DNA from: an uncultured delta proteobacterium
GTDB lineage: Bacteria > Desulfobacterota > Binatia > JACPRU01
Direction: 5' to 3'
Assembly: GCA_963745025.1 (NCBI GenBank)
Contig: CAVUWD010000016.1
Coordinates: forward strand, 224,001 to 288,000
DNA length: 64,000 bases
Shown here: piece after piece, positions 48,953 to 58,346 of the stretch
How the letters are laid out: each line of letters opens with the position of its first letter
Position numbering within the stretch: position 1 is the stretch's first letter
The notes under the pieces: model-generated
Seen by the model: the letters and a program-made list of their open reading frames with translations, nothing else
Told to the model about the DNA's origin: nothing
Database searches by the model: none
Program-made: the position numbers and the translations under genes

Positions 48953-49354
48953 TCACGCCGCGTGAGTGTTCTTAGCGGTCACCAGATCGTCCACCTTCTT
49001 CTCGAGAGACGAGAGCCGCTTGGCGAGCAACTCGACCTCGTGCTTCGAGGGCAGGCTCAGTCGGCGCACCCACGAATCGACGCGATTCTTGGTTTGGGAC
49101 TCGATCTGCGAGAGGATCTTCTCGGCGCGCGACTCCAGCGTCTTCAGCGCCTTCTCCGCGCGCTTCTGGATGTCATTGCGGATTGCTTTGGCCTGGTCGA
49201 GCAGGTTGTCGAGAATTTTCCGCTGATCCTTGCTGATCAGCTTGCTCGCCTCCTTGCGGGCGCGAGTAAACAGTTTCTCGCCCTCGGACTGGAGATCTCG
49301 AATCGATTTCTGAACTTGAGCCAGCCCGGGGAACGTTGCCGCTTTTGATGACAT
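48953..49354 (-). CDS. Phasin-like (PHA granule-associated) protein
   Basis: Lys/Glu-rich amphipathic helices; C-terminal LSLPSKHEVELLAKRLSSL; AAGGAGG RBS. Confidence 0.75.
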   Translation of the reverse strand: MSSKAATFPGLAQVQKSIRDLQSEGEKLFTRARKEASKLISKDQRKILDNLLDQAKAIRNDIQKRAEKALKTLESRAEKILSQIESQTKNRVDSWVRRLSLPSKHEVELLAKRLSSLEKKVDDLVTAKNTHAA

Positions 49355-49455
49355 TCTGGGAGTCCTCCTTGTTACGTCTTCGTGTTGTTTCGCGATGCCT
49401 TAAATTTTCTAACACGCCGCGTCAGAATGTCAAGGCGCATCGCGCGCATGCATGT

Positions 49456-49554
49456 TGTGGATAAAATGTGAAGGAGATCGGGAAACGCACGCTTCGACGG
49501 CGAGAAATTCATACTAAAAGCAGCATATTCTCAAGCATGAGAACGTGTGGATAA
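49456..49554. promoter_or_regulatory. Two perfect DnaA boxes
   Basis: TGTGGATAA (reverse complement TTATCCACA) at 49456-49464 and 49546-49554 flanking an AT-richer stretch. Confidence 0.6.
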
Positions 49555-49605
49555 CCCGACGTGACTGCGATTGACAATGGCGAGGTCTCGGCTGTCGCGA
49601 GGAGC

Positions 49606-50892
49606 ATGGTGCGCACGCTCGTCCGAGCGAGTTTGTCAGTCGCTCTGGGCATTCTCTTCGGATCCGGCGCCGCGCCCGCGCAACCCACGCCCGGTCCCTC
49701 CACAAGCGTCACCGATGCCGCGGAGGCCCAGCAACTGGTCTTCCTTCTTCAGTACGTGGGCAGCGACTATGGGGGCGCCGTCGCGAACGGACGCATCGTC
49801 GACGAAGCCGAATACCGCGAGAACCGTGACTTCGCGGCACTCATCGTCGAGCGATTTGGCCGACTACGCTCGTCGATGCCTCCGGCCAAAGCCTCGCCGC
49901 TCGAGGTCGCCGTCCGGAAGCTCGATGAGCTCGTCTCGGCTCGCGCCGATGCCCGCGTGGTCAAGGGAGTGACCGAGGCGGCCATCTTGCTTGCCGTCCA
50001 GGCGTTCGATCTCCGCTCGTTTCCGCGGGAGCGACCCGACCCCGTCCTGGCGAGCCGTCTCTATGCCGAGAGCTGCACCCCGTGCCACGGTGTTAGCGGC
50101 GGCGGCGACGGGCCGCGAGCTAAAGAGCTCAACCCACCTCCGGCCCGGTTTACGGATCCTGCGCGCATGAATACGGCGGCGCCGTATCTCTTCTACAATG
50201 CAATCACTCTGGGAGTCCCGAACACCTCGATGGCGTCGTTCTCCGATTCGCTGTCGGATCAGGAGCGGTGGGATCTCGCTTTCTATCTCTGGACCTTCGT
50301 GCTTTCACGAGGCGAGGGCGCACCCCCGCCGCTCACGCTGTCGCTTCGAGATCTGGCGACGCGCTCGTCGGCAGATCTTGCACCCGAGGTGCTCCGGCAA
50401 GCGGCGGCGCGCGGGCAGTCGATCGACGGCCCGCGGGTGCTCTCGTGGCTGGCGCACTTGCGCGTACACACCCCGTCACTCAGTCATCCGCAAGAACAGC
50501 TGGCGCGGCTCCGGCAGGATCTCGAGCGCAGCGTCGCGCTCGTGGCACGGGGAGATACGGACTCGGCGACCGACTTGGTGACCAACGCATATCTCGCCGA
50601 GTTCGAGCCGCTCGAAGCCGAGCTCGACCGACGAGATGGGGGCGTACGACAGCGCTTCGAACACGGCCTCATCGAGTTTCGTGCGGCGGTGCGGCGCGGG
50701 GACCGGCAGGCGGCGCTCGCCATCGTGCAAACACTCGAAGAGACGGCCGGGCAGGCGGAACAGCTGCTCGTTCCCGGCGGAGCTCGGAAGGGCCCGAACA
50801 CTCGTCTCGCGCTCGTCCTTCTGCTCATGGCGGCGGCTCTCGGAGGCGTGCTGCTGGTGTGGCGGATTGGCAAGGAAACGGGCGTAGGCTAA
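49606..50892 (+). CDS. Monoheme cytochrome c protein resembling the N-terminal part of PbrT/FTR1 iron-lead permeases
   Basis: LLQYVGSDYGGAV...EY.E, CTPCHG, GDGP, TSMASF, AYLAEFEPLE; single C-terminal TM; GAGGAG RBS. Confidence 0.8.
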   Translation: MVRTLVRASLSVALGILFGSGAAPAQPTPGPSTSVTDAAEAQQLVFLLQYVGSDYGGAVANGRIVDEAEYRENRDFAALIVERFGRLRSSMPPAKASPLEVAVRKLDELVSARADARVVKGVTEAAILLAVQAFDLRSFPRERPDPVLASRLYAESCTPCHGVSGGGDGPRAKELNPPPARFTDPARMNTAAPYLFYNAITLGVPNTSMASFSDSLSDQERWDLAFYLWTFVLSRGEGAPPPLTLSLRDLATRSSADLAPEVLRQAAARGQSIDGPRVLSWLAHLRVHTPSLSHPQEQLARLRQDLERSVALVARGDTDSATDLVTNAYLAEFEPLEAELDRRDGGVRQRFEHGLIEFRAAVRRGDRQAALAIVQTLEETAGQAEQLLVPGGARKGPNTRLALVLLLMAAALGGVLLVWRIGKETGVG

Positions 50893-50936
50893 GGAAGCGG
50901 CGTTCTCGCGGCATCGAGAAAAGAGGGAGAGCGAAC

Positions 50937-51305
50937 GTGGGCATTCTCGACGGCAAGGTTGCGATCGTGACCGGCGCGGGCCGCGGTCTCGGTCGCCCGC
51001 GGGCGGTCGCGCCCCGCGCCGTGACGCGAACGACGGAGACGCTGTTCGCCGCCTTCGGCGACGAGGCGATGGGGGAGACCAAGCCCGGCAGCGTGTCGGC
51101 GCTGGTGACGTTTCTCGCCAGCGAGCGGGCCGTCCGCATCGACGGACAAGCGTTCGTCATCTATGGCGGCCTCATCCGGTCGCCACAGGGCTGGCAGCCG
51201 GTCGCGTCGATCGAGAATAGTAGGGCATGGCATCTCGACGACGTTCGAACGAGCATCTCCGGATTGTTCAAACCCGCCCCCTCGAAGCTGCCCCCACTTG
51301 GTTGA
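50937..51305 (+). pseudogene. SDR oxidoreductase remnant with large in-frame internal deletion
   Basis: LDGKVAIVTGAGRGLGR joined directly to the C-terminal part (APRA.TR...VTFLAS...IDGQAF); no YxxxK. Confidence 0.8.
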
Positions 51306-52902
51306 GCTGGCACCCTCGCCGGCTCTCTCGATCGACGCCACGTCGCCCGCGCCGCGAAGCTTCGTCGCGCGCATCGCGCTGGCATTGGTCGGCGGCTTCG
51401 CCATCGCGGCGAGCTTTCTCGATTTCTCATTGTGGCCGATCGCCTGGACCGCGTTCGTGCCGATTCTGTTGGCGCTCTCGGGTCCGTTGCGTCTCGGCCA
51501 AGCGGTGGCGCTTGGCTTCATCGCCGGGCTTGCGACCAACGTGCCCGCCTTCCGATGGCTGGTGGAAACCATCCACGTCTTCGGCGGCTTTCCGCTCTGG
51601 CTGAGCGCCGTCTTCTACGTCGCGTTGTCGCTCTTCTGCTCGCTCGAGTTCGTGCTCTTCGCGCTTGCCCTCCGTAGGGCCCCGCGCGGCGCGGCCGCGA
51701 TATATCCCGCGCTCTTTTGGATCTCGCTCGAATTCTTCTTTCCGAACCTCTTCCCCTGGCGGATCGCCAACTCGCAGCTGCGCGTTCCGCTGCTGTTACA
51801 GATCGGCGATCTCACCGGCCCGTTCGGCCTCAGCTTTGTAATGGTTTGGGTGAGCGCCGCGCTCGCCTCGGCAATCGAAGTCGGTACCCGCTCCGCGCGC
51901 GCAGCGTTGCTGCTTTCGAGCGCGGCGACGCTCGGCGTTGCGGCGTACGGACTCGTACGGCTGCCCGCAATCGATCACGCGATGGCGATGGCTCCGGCGG
52001 TCCGGCTCGGCATCGTGCAGGGCAACCTCACGACCGAGGAGAAGCAGGACGTTCGCTACTTCGAGACCAACCTCGAAACCTACAAACGGTTGTCGCAAGA
52101 GCTCTCTCCCGCGCCCGACGTGATGATCTGGCCAGAGAGCGTGATCACCGAGCCTCTGCCACGGACGTTGCGCATGCTGTCGGCTTCGGGGCGCCAGATT
52201 CTGGGGCTCCGCTGGCCGCTCTTCACCGGAGCGCTCACCTACGAAGGTGAACCGGATCGCCCGAAATACTTCAACAGCGTCATCCTGTTCGATGCCGGGG
52301 GTGGCGTGCTCGGTTTGTCCGATAAACAGATTCTCATGCCATTCGGGGAATACATGCCGTTCGGCTCGGTTTTGCCATGGCTGAAACGGCTGAGCCCGCA
52401 GACCGGCGATTTTGAGGCTGCGACCGAGGTCGTGCCGCTCGACGTTCCCGGCATCGCGCGCTTCGCGCCGCTCAACTGCTACGAAGACCTGCGCGCACCG
52501 ATCGCGCGGCAGGCAGTTCGCCGGGGCGCGGCGGAAATTCTCTTCGCCGTCGCCAACGACGCCTGGTTCGGAGACACGATGGCGCCTTTCCAGCACGAGG
52601 CGCTGGCGCTGTGGCGGGCGGTCGAGAATCGACGCTTTCTCATCCGCGTCACCAATACGGGCGTCACCGACGTGATCGATCCGGCAGGACGAGTGCTGCT
52701 GCGGCTGCCAGTGTTCCAGGCCGTCGCGACGGTGGCGGAAGTGCGCCGGCTGCGTCTCGATACCCTCTACACGCGATTCGGCGACTGGTTCGCCTGGCTC
52801 GTCACGGCGGCGGCCCTGTGGGTGCTGCTGCCTTCGGCAAGATCGCCAGGCCGTTCGGAACACCCCATCCTCCCTCGACCTCCAAGCGGAGCCCCGGAGT
52901 GA
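51298..52902 (+). CDS. lnt: Apolipoprotein N-acyltransferase
   Basis: VQGN, IWPES, YFNS, KQILMPFGEY, LNCYED, NDAWFG, RAVENRR, NTGVT; start uncertain. Confidence 0.93.
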   Translation: MVELAPSPALSIDATSPAPRSFVARIALALVGGFAIAASFLDFSLWPIAWTAFVPILLALSGPLRLGQAVALGFIAGLATNVPAFRWLVETIHVFGGFPLWLSAVFYVALSLFCSLEFVLFALALRRAPRGAAAIYPALFWISLEFFFPNLFPWRIANSQLRVPLLLQIGDLTGPFGLSFVMVWVSAALASAIEVGTRSARAALLLSSAATLGVAAYGLVRLPAIDHAMAMAPAVRLGIVQGNLTTEEKQDVRYFETNLETYKRLSQELSPAPDVMIWPESVITEPLPRTLRMLSASGRQILGLRWPLFTGALTYEGEPDRPKYFNSVILFDAGGGVLGLSDKQILMPFGEYMPFGSVLPWLKRLSPQTGDFEAATEVVPLDVPGIARFAPLNCYEDLRAPIARQAVRRGAAEILFAVANDAWFGDTMAPFQHEALALWRAVENRRFLIRVTNTGVTDVIDPAGRVLLRLPVFQAVATVAEVRRLRLDTLYTRFGDWFAWLVTAAALWVLLPSARSPGRSEHPILPRPPSGAPE

Positions 52903-53605
52903 ATACGCTCAGCTGCGTGCTCGGTCCGCCGTCGAGATTGAGGGCGCCCCAGCAGCCGAGGCCCCCGTCCACGGGAGGGCGGACGAGATTCTCCGCGAGA
53001 TCGGAGAGCGAGATCGGAGCCGCGAAGACGACGATCATCACCGTCCCATCCCCCGGGAGGCAGATCGAGGTGCGACGCGAGACCTGCGGCTTCAGCTGGA
53101 GGGCCCTGCCGTTGACCACCAGCCGAGGACCGGACTGCAGCGCCGTCTCGACCGCAGCGGGGAGGGGATCCCGCGCGTGCTGGATGACTGGCGTGCCCAT
53201 CGAGATCAGGAACAGGCCCTGGTCCACCTTGCGAAGCGGACTCGTCTCTTTCCCGTCGCCGACGACGAGGCCGAGCGGATGTGCCTTCTCGTCGAAAAAG
53301 CCACCATTGACTACCACGTACGCTTGGGATTCGGTGCGCATCGTCGCGACGCGGGCGACGGTCCGGTCCGGCCGACGCGCGTCGACGACCGTCATGTGAA
53401 CGATGCGGGGATCGGCCCGAAACACGTGTCCGGCGATCGACGTGCCCTCGTCGGCGGTCTTTATGCTCCAAGGCCGGTACCACAGTCCGGGGGCGAGGGC
53501 CGTCCATTCAGTTGAGCGCGGCTCGTCGGCAGCGATCGTTGAAGCGAGCAGCGCGATCGCCATCGGTGCGCGCGCGAATGCGAGTCTGTGAGCGGATGGC
53601 CGCAT
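52802..53605 (-). CDS. Phosphodiester glycosidase (NAGPA/DUF2233) family protein
   Basis: VNGGFF, QSGPRLV, RRTSI, ALNLDGGPSTQ; signal peptide. Confidence 0.85.
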   Translation of the reverse strand: MRPSAHRLAFARAPMAIALLASTIAADEPRSTEWTALAPGLWYRPWSIKTADEGTSIAGHVFRADPRIVHMTVVDARRPDRTVARVATMRTESQAYVVVNGGFFDEKAHPLGLVVGDGKETSPLRKVDQGLFLISMGTPVIQHARDPLPAAVETALQSGPRLVVNGRALQLKPQVSRRTSICLPGDGTVMIVVFAAPISLSDLAENLVRPPVDGGLGCWGALNLDGGPSTQLSVFTPGLRLEVEGGWGVPNGLAILPKAAAPTGPPP

Positions 53606-53653
53606 CCGCGTCAGTCTGGCACGAATCCGCCGAGCGGAGGAACACTCCTCGTC

Positions 53654-54790
53654 CTAGAAACCGCAGAGATCGGCAACGCGCGCGCGATGAAACGATGGAT
53701 CGCCGAAGGCGAGCTCGTTCCATTTGGCGCGCTTGAACCAGAAATGCAGATCGTGCTCCCACGTGAAGCCGATACCGCCGTGCATCTGCACCGCGCGATT
53801 CGACGATCGAGAATAGATTTCGCAGAGCGCGGCTTTCGCCATCGATGCGGCGCGGCTCGCGTCGCGCGGCAGGGCATCTTGAGCATGAGCGGCGTACCAC
53901 AAGAGCGAGCGAGCGGGCTCGATGTCCGCCGCCATCTCAGCGGCCATGTGCTTGATCGCCTGAAATGAGCCGATCGGCCGCCCGAACTGCTCACGTGTCT
54001 TCGAGTACTCCACGGCCATCTCCAACACTCGCTCCGAGCCGCCGAGTGCGTCGGCCGCTAGGCCGACGGCGCCGAAATCGAGCACAGCCTCGAGCGTGCC
54101 CCAGCCCGCGCCGACGCGTCCGAGGACGTGGTCGCGCTCCACTTCGACGTTGCGAAGCTGGACCTCAAAGACCCGCCGCGTCCGATCGATGGTCTCGAGC
54201 GGGCGCACCGTGAGCCCCGGCGCGTGCCGATCGACGAGGAACAGAGTGACACCGACCGCTCCCTCGCTCCCAGCGGTGCGGCAGGCGGTGAGGAGCACGC
54301 CGGCATTCTCCGCATAGGGGACGAAAAGCTTCTTGCCGCTCAACCGATAGCCCGACCCTGAGCGCCGCGCGCGACAGTGGATTCCCGCGGGCCCGATGCG
54401 GTCGTCTTCTTCGAGAAGCGCGAGCGTCAAGGTCAATTCACCGGCCACGAGCTTCGGCAAAAGAGTCTTCTTTTGGGCTCGATCCCCGGCCTTCACGATC
54501 GCCGCGGTGGCGAGGAGCGCCGAAAAGAGGAACGGCCCCGGTACGGCCGAGCGTCCGAACTCGCAGAGGAGAATCGCCATGTCGAGCACGCCGAGGCCGA
54601 GCCCGCCCTCAGATTCGGGAACGAGAAGCCCCGGCCAACCCATGTCCGTGATCCTTCGTTCGAGGCCCTCGGAGAGTCCGTGCGGACTCTCGGCCGCTTG
54701 GCGGACGACGGTGGGTGGGCACTCCCGCGTCAGGAACTCACGGGCGCTTTGCTGAAGCAGTTCCTGATCCTCCGATAAGCCGAAGTCCAC
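53654..54790 (-). CDS. Acyl-CoA dehydrogenase family (likely non-catalytic partner subunit)
   Basis: DFGLSEDQELL, LSGKKLFV, REQFGRPIGSFQAIKH, QMHGGIGFTWEHD. Confidence 0.92.
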   Translation of the reverse strand: MDFGLSEDQELLQQSAREFLTRECPPTVVRQAAESPHGLSEGLERRITDMGWPGLLVPESEGGLGLGVLDMAILLCEFGRSAVPGPFLFSALLATAAIVKAGDRAQKKTLLPKLVAGELTLTLALLEEDDRIGPAGIHCRARRSGSGYRLSGKKLFVPYAENAGVLLTACRTAGSEGAVGVTLFLVDRHAPGLTVRPLETIDRTRRVFEVQLRNVEVERDHVLGRVGAGWGTLEAVLDFGAVGLAADALGGSERVLEMAVEYSKTREQFGRPIGSFQAIKHMAAEMAADIEPARSLLWYAAHAQDALPRDASRAASMAKAALCEIYSRSSNRAVQMHGGIGFTWEHDLHFWFKRAKWNELAFGDPSFHRARVADLCGF

Positions 54791-54795
54791 TTCTC

Positions 54796-56004
54796 TCAAC
54801 TCCCCTTCGGCATGCCGAGGCCGCGCTCCGAGATAATGTTCTTCTGGATCTGAGAGGTGCCGCCGCCGATGATCAAGCCGAGCGTGAACATGAACTCGTA
54901 GGGCCAGATGCCACGGTCGACGACGTGCTTGGACTTGCGATCGAGCACGCCGTAGTCGCCCATCACCTCGAGTGCGAGCGCGCAGATCGCGTGATTCAGC
55001 TCGGTGGACACAAGCTTGTTCACCGACGCCGCGATGCCGGGCGAACGTCCCCGCAAGAGATCGGTGAGCTGTCGGTACGAATGATATTTCATCGATTCGA
55101 CGCGGATCGCGAGAGCCGCGAGTCTCTGCCGCAGCAGCGGATCCGCGCTCGCCGGCTTCCCACCGCGTTTGCGCGTCCGGGCGAGGTGCAGCAGACCGTC
55201 GAACATCTGTTGCGTCCGGATCGTCGAGCCGAGCATGTTGCGTTCGTGGGAAAGCGTGGCATTGGCAACCTGCCAACCCTGATTCAGCTCGCCCACGAGA
55301 TTCTGTCTCGGTACCTTGACGTCTTCGAAGAAGACCTCGTTGAAGCCCTTGTCCCCCGTCATTTGCACGAGCGGTCGGATCGTGATCCCGGGGCTCTTCA
55401 TGTCGATCAACACGTACGAGATGCCCTTGTGCTTTGGAGCGTCTGGATCGGTACGCACCAGGCAGAACATCCAATCGGCGAATTGCGCGTTCGATGTCCA
55501 GACCTTCTGGCCGTTGATCACGAAGAAGTCGCCGACGAGCTCGGCGCGAGTTTTCAGCGAGGCGAGATCCGAGCCCGAGCCCGGCTCGGAATACCCCTGG
55601 CACCAGATCTCGGCCGCAGAGAGGATCGTCGGCAGGAATCTCCGCTTCTGCTGTTCGGTGCCGAACTGCATGAGGGTCGGGCCGACCATCTGCACGCCCA
55701 TCATGCCGATGAGGCTCGGCGCGTGCGCCTTGACCATCTCCTCGTTGACGATCGTCTGTTGCATCAACAGTTTTCGGCGATCGCCGTTCGGCTCGGCTCG
55801 ACCGCCATACTGCTTCGGCCAGCCCATCGCCAGGTAGCCTGACGCGCAGAGCTTGCGCTGCCAGGCCTTGAGCGCGGCGATTCGTTTCGGGTCGCCGAAC
55901 TCGGCCGGCTCAGCATTTCGTTCGCGTCGCGGGAGGTTGACCTTCAGCCAGTGACGCACCTCGCGTTGGAACGCGGCTTCTTCCTTGGTGAGCGCAAGAT
56001 CCAT
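54796..56004 (-). CDS. Acyl-CoA dehydrogenase family (likely catalytic subunit)
   Basis: WCQGYSEPGSGSDLASL, NGQKVWTS, FNEVFFEDV, LSHER, IGGGTSQIQ. Confidence 0.95.
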   Translation of the reverse strand: MDLALTKEEAAFQREVRHWLKVNLPRRERNAEPAEFGDPKRIAALKAWQRKLCASGYLAMGWPKQYGGRAEPNGDRRKLLMQQTIVNEEMVKAHAPSLIGMMGVQMVGPTLMQFGTEQQKRRFLPTILSAAEIWCQGYSEPGSGSDLASLKTRAELVGDFFVINGQKVWTSNAQFADWMFCLVRTDPDAPKHKGISYVLIDMKSPGITIRPLVQMTGDKGFNEVFFEDVKVPRQNLVGELNQGWQVANATLSHERNMLGSTIRTQQMFDGLLHLARTRKRGGKPASADPLLRQRLAALAIRVESMKYHSYRQLTDLLRGRSPGIAASVNKLVSTELNHAICALALEVMGDYGVLDRKSKHVVDRGIWPYEFMFTLGLIIGGGTSQIQKNIISERGLGMPKGS

Positions 56005-56314
56005 GACCGACTGTTCTCCCGTGGGGCGTTGCGGCGGGCCACCGGTCGCCGACTGATACCGGATACCGCTGGCGAAAGCCAATAGGAGAAAGGCTCCCTG
56101 CGTATGGCTCGTTCGCATCGCGTCATCCGCGCAAGCCCTAGCCGCGGAGGAATTTCCCTAACCGCATTCGCGGGAAGCCTTCCGGGAGGAGTCGCGCCGA
56201 CTACGACACGCCTGCCGAGCGTGATTCCCATGCCTGATAACTACATTGACGGTATGGGGGGAGTGAAGTAGATCTCACGCTGGCTCGCCGGCCCCTCTCT
56301 GCCGGAGGTGCTCC

Positions 56315-56554
56315 ATGATGTGTCGAGTGTCGTGCAAGTGTTGCCATATTTCCTGCCTATGGACGGACGACCCTAAGGGCTTCTTGGAGACCGTGTGCCT
56401 ACGTTACCGCCACTGTCAGGCGAAGCTAAGCGACGAAGGTTTCGACGAGCCGGTAGTCGTCAAGCGGGCGAAGTCGGTTCCGCCGAGTCGGGTCTCCGCC
56501 GGCAAAGGGGTGATCGCGAGAGTTCAGGGGCGACACTCGCCAGCTCGGCATTAG
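56315..56554 (+). CDS. Small Cys-rich hypothetical protein
   Basis: TTGACG-N17-TAGATC promoter at 56246-56274, GGAGG RBS; 7 Cys in first 34 aa. Confidence 0.55.
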   Translation: MMCRVSCKCCHISCLWTDDPKGFLETVCLRYRHCQAKLSDEGFDEPVVVKRAKSVPPSRVSAGKGVIARVQGRHSPARH

Positions 56555-56803
56555 ATTCGTGCGTTCGCGTCGATGGACGCACCTGCTGCGCAGGAACCCA
56601 CCCCGAACCCACCCCGCAATCCCCGTCCCTAGCGCCCCTTTTGGTGGTCCCGTTCACCCAACGCCGTAGAACGGACGAGGCAGGGTTCGCGCCTCGCCCC
56701 ACCGTTTGGAACAAACCGGCCGCTGCACCGTTTGATCTGGCGCGAGACCGGTTCGCCGCGCAGTTGCCAGCCGCTGCGCTCTCGTGCCGTGGTCGTCACG
56801 ACG

Positions 56804-57577
56804 TCAATTCGCCATGGACCGGGTCTCGGATCGCTGACGTCGCCAGCGGTCGAGTGTCGCACGAATCTGCCCTTCGACTTGGTCGAGGAGGCTTTCGCCG
56901 TCGTCTCCCGGACGGCGCTGGATCGGCTCGGCGATCGACACTCGCACGCGCACCCCGAAGGGCACCGGCATCAGGTTGTGACGCAGCAGCCGCCACGACC
57001 CGTCGATGACCACAGGAAGCACCGCGGCCTGCGGCGCCGCGCGCAGCAGCTCGAGCGTGCCGCGCGGCTTGAAGACGCCGAGCTCACCCCGCCGAGCGCG
57101 AGTTCCTTCGGGAAAGATCACCGCCGAGACACCGCGCTGCTCGACCTGTTGCCCGAGCCCGCGGATTGCCGCCAGCGCCTGGTCGGCATCGGTGCGGTCG
57201 ATGACCGCGTTGCCGCCGTGTCGGAGATTGTAGGAGATGCTCGGAATCCAGCGAGCGAGCTCGCGCTTGGCGACGTACTTAGGAAAGTTTGAGAAAAGAA
57301 GCGCTCCGAAGATCGGCACGTCGAACATGCTCTGGTGGTTGGAGACGATCAGGTAGGGCGTCCAGGGCTTGACCTCGGCCGAGCGATCGACCTCGAGGCG
57401 GGTGCCACACAGGCGAAAGGCGCCGAGCAGCGACTTCTGCAGCAATCCGACGACGATCTCGTGCGGCCGAGGTCCGAACAGTCGTGCGATGCGCTGGAGC
57501 GGATCGAACAGACCGAGCACGAGCCCGAAGGTGATCAGGAACGGTACCGTGAACAGCCAGTCGACGACGCGCCGCAT
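56804..57577 (-). CDS. 1-acyl-sn-glycerol-3-phosphate acyltransferase (PlsC family)
   Basis: SNHQSMFD, AKREL, IDR, IFPEGTR. Confidence 0.93.
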   Translation of the reverse strand: MRRVVDWLFTVPFLITFGLVLGLFDPLQRIARLFGPRPHEIVVGLLQKSLLGAFRLCGTRLEVDRSAEVKPWTPYLIVSNHQSMFDVPIFGALLFSNFPKYVAKRELARWIPSISYNLRHGGNAVIDRTDADQALAAIRGLGQQVEQRGVSAVIFPEGTRARRGELGVFKPRGTLELLRAAPQAAVLPVVIDGSWRLLRHNLMPVPFGVRVRVSIAEPIQRRPGDDGESLLDQVEGQIRATLDRWRRQRSETRSMAN

Positions 57578-57761
57578 AAGGAAGTCTGGTCTCAGAAGGT
57601 CATCCAGGAGGGAACGGTCGGTGGCTCGGAGTTACCAGGTGGGTAGCTGCTCCGTCAAACGTGACTTCGTTCGACGGAATTACGGAATTACGCCGTTGTG
57701 CCTACGGTGTCGAACTGCTATCAAGATGGGATTTACTCGAGGCCCAGGAAGGACGAATCCA

Positions 57762-57986
57762 ATGACGACGCATACCCGATACGTTCTCAAGCACCCGCGC
57801 GGCTCGATTTTTGCGAGTGTCCGCGCAGCTGAGCGACTGACGTTCGTGATGGAAACCCTGGCGGTCGTCCATGCATCGAGCGATCGTGAGGCGCGCGAGC
57901 GCGCCGAGTTGGTGCGCCAGAGCTTCGCGGCGGCGGGGAAGGGCTACCTGCCCGGTCCGGAGCCGGCTCTCGCGCGCGTCGCCTAG
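57762..57986 (+). CDS. Small hypothetical protein
   Basis: AGGAAGGA upstream of ATG; coding-like GC3. Confidence 0.5.
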   Translation: MTTHTRYVLKHPRGSIFASVRAAERLTFVMETLAVVHASSDREARERAELVRQSFAAAGKGYLPGPEPALARVA

Positions 57987-57998
57987 TATCGGTCGCGG

Positions 57999-58238
57999 CT
58001 AGGCGCCGCTGACCATCTTCGCGAGCTTGTCAAGAACGTTCTTCAGCGCGCGCTGGTAGCGCTGCTTCGTCCACGCCTCGCCGGTCCGCATCTTCAACCA
58101 GCCGAGCTTGACTGCGTCGGGCTTGTTGCCGATCTCACCGGTCGAAACCTCGATCACCGCGCGTTCTTCAGGACCGAGCGCGCGAAGATACTCACCTTTG
58201 AGCTGATCGAGAAAGCCCTGCTTCAGATCGATCTTCAT
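57999..58238 (-). CDS. Small hypothetical protein
   Basis: Protein-like composition and high GC3. Confidence 0.7.
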   Translation of the reverse strand: MKIDLKQGFLDQLKGEYLRALGPEERAVIEVSTGEIGNKPDAVKLGWLKMRTGEAWTKQRYQRALKNVLDKLAKMVSGA

Positions 58239-58346
58239 CCGCTCTCAGGCGAAACTAGCGACACGTCTCATCCACCTAAGATCATGAAAGCAGCAGCCTT
58301 TGCTTGTCAAATTGTGACACAGGTTCGAATCGTGTAGGGAATCCGG

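Noticed and set aside
58315-58346. GGTTCGAATC as a tRNA T-loop
   Set aside because: No cloverleaf stems around it
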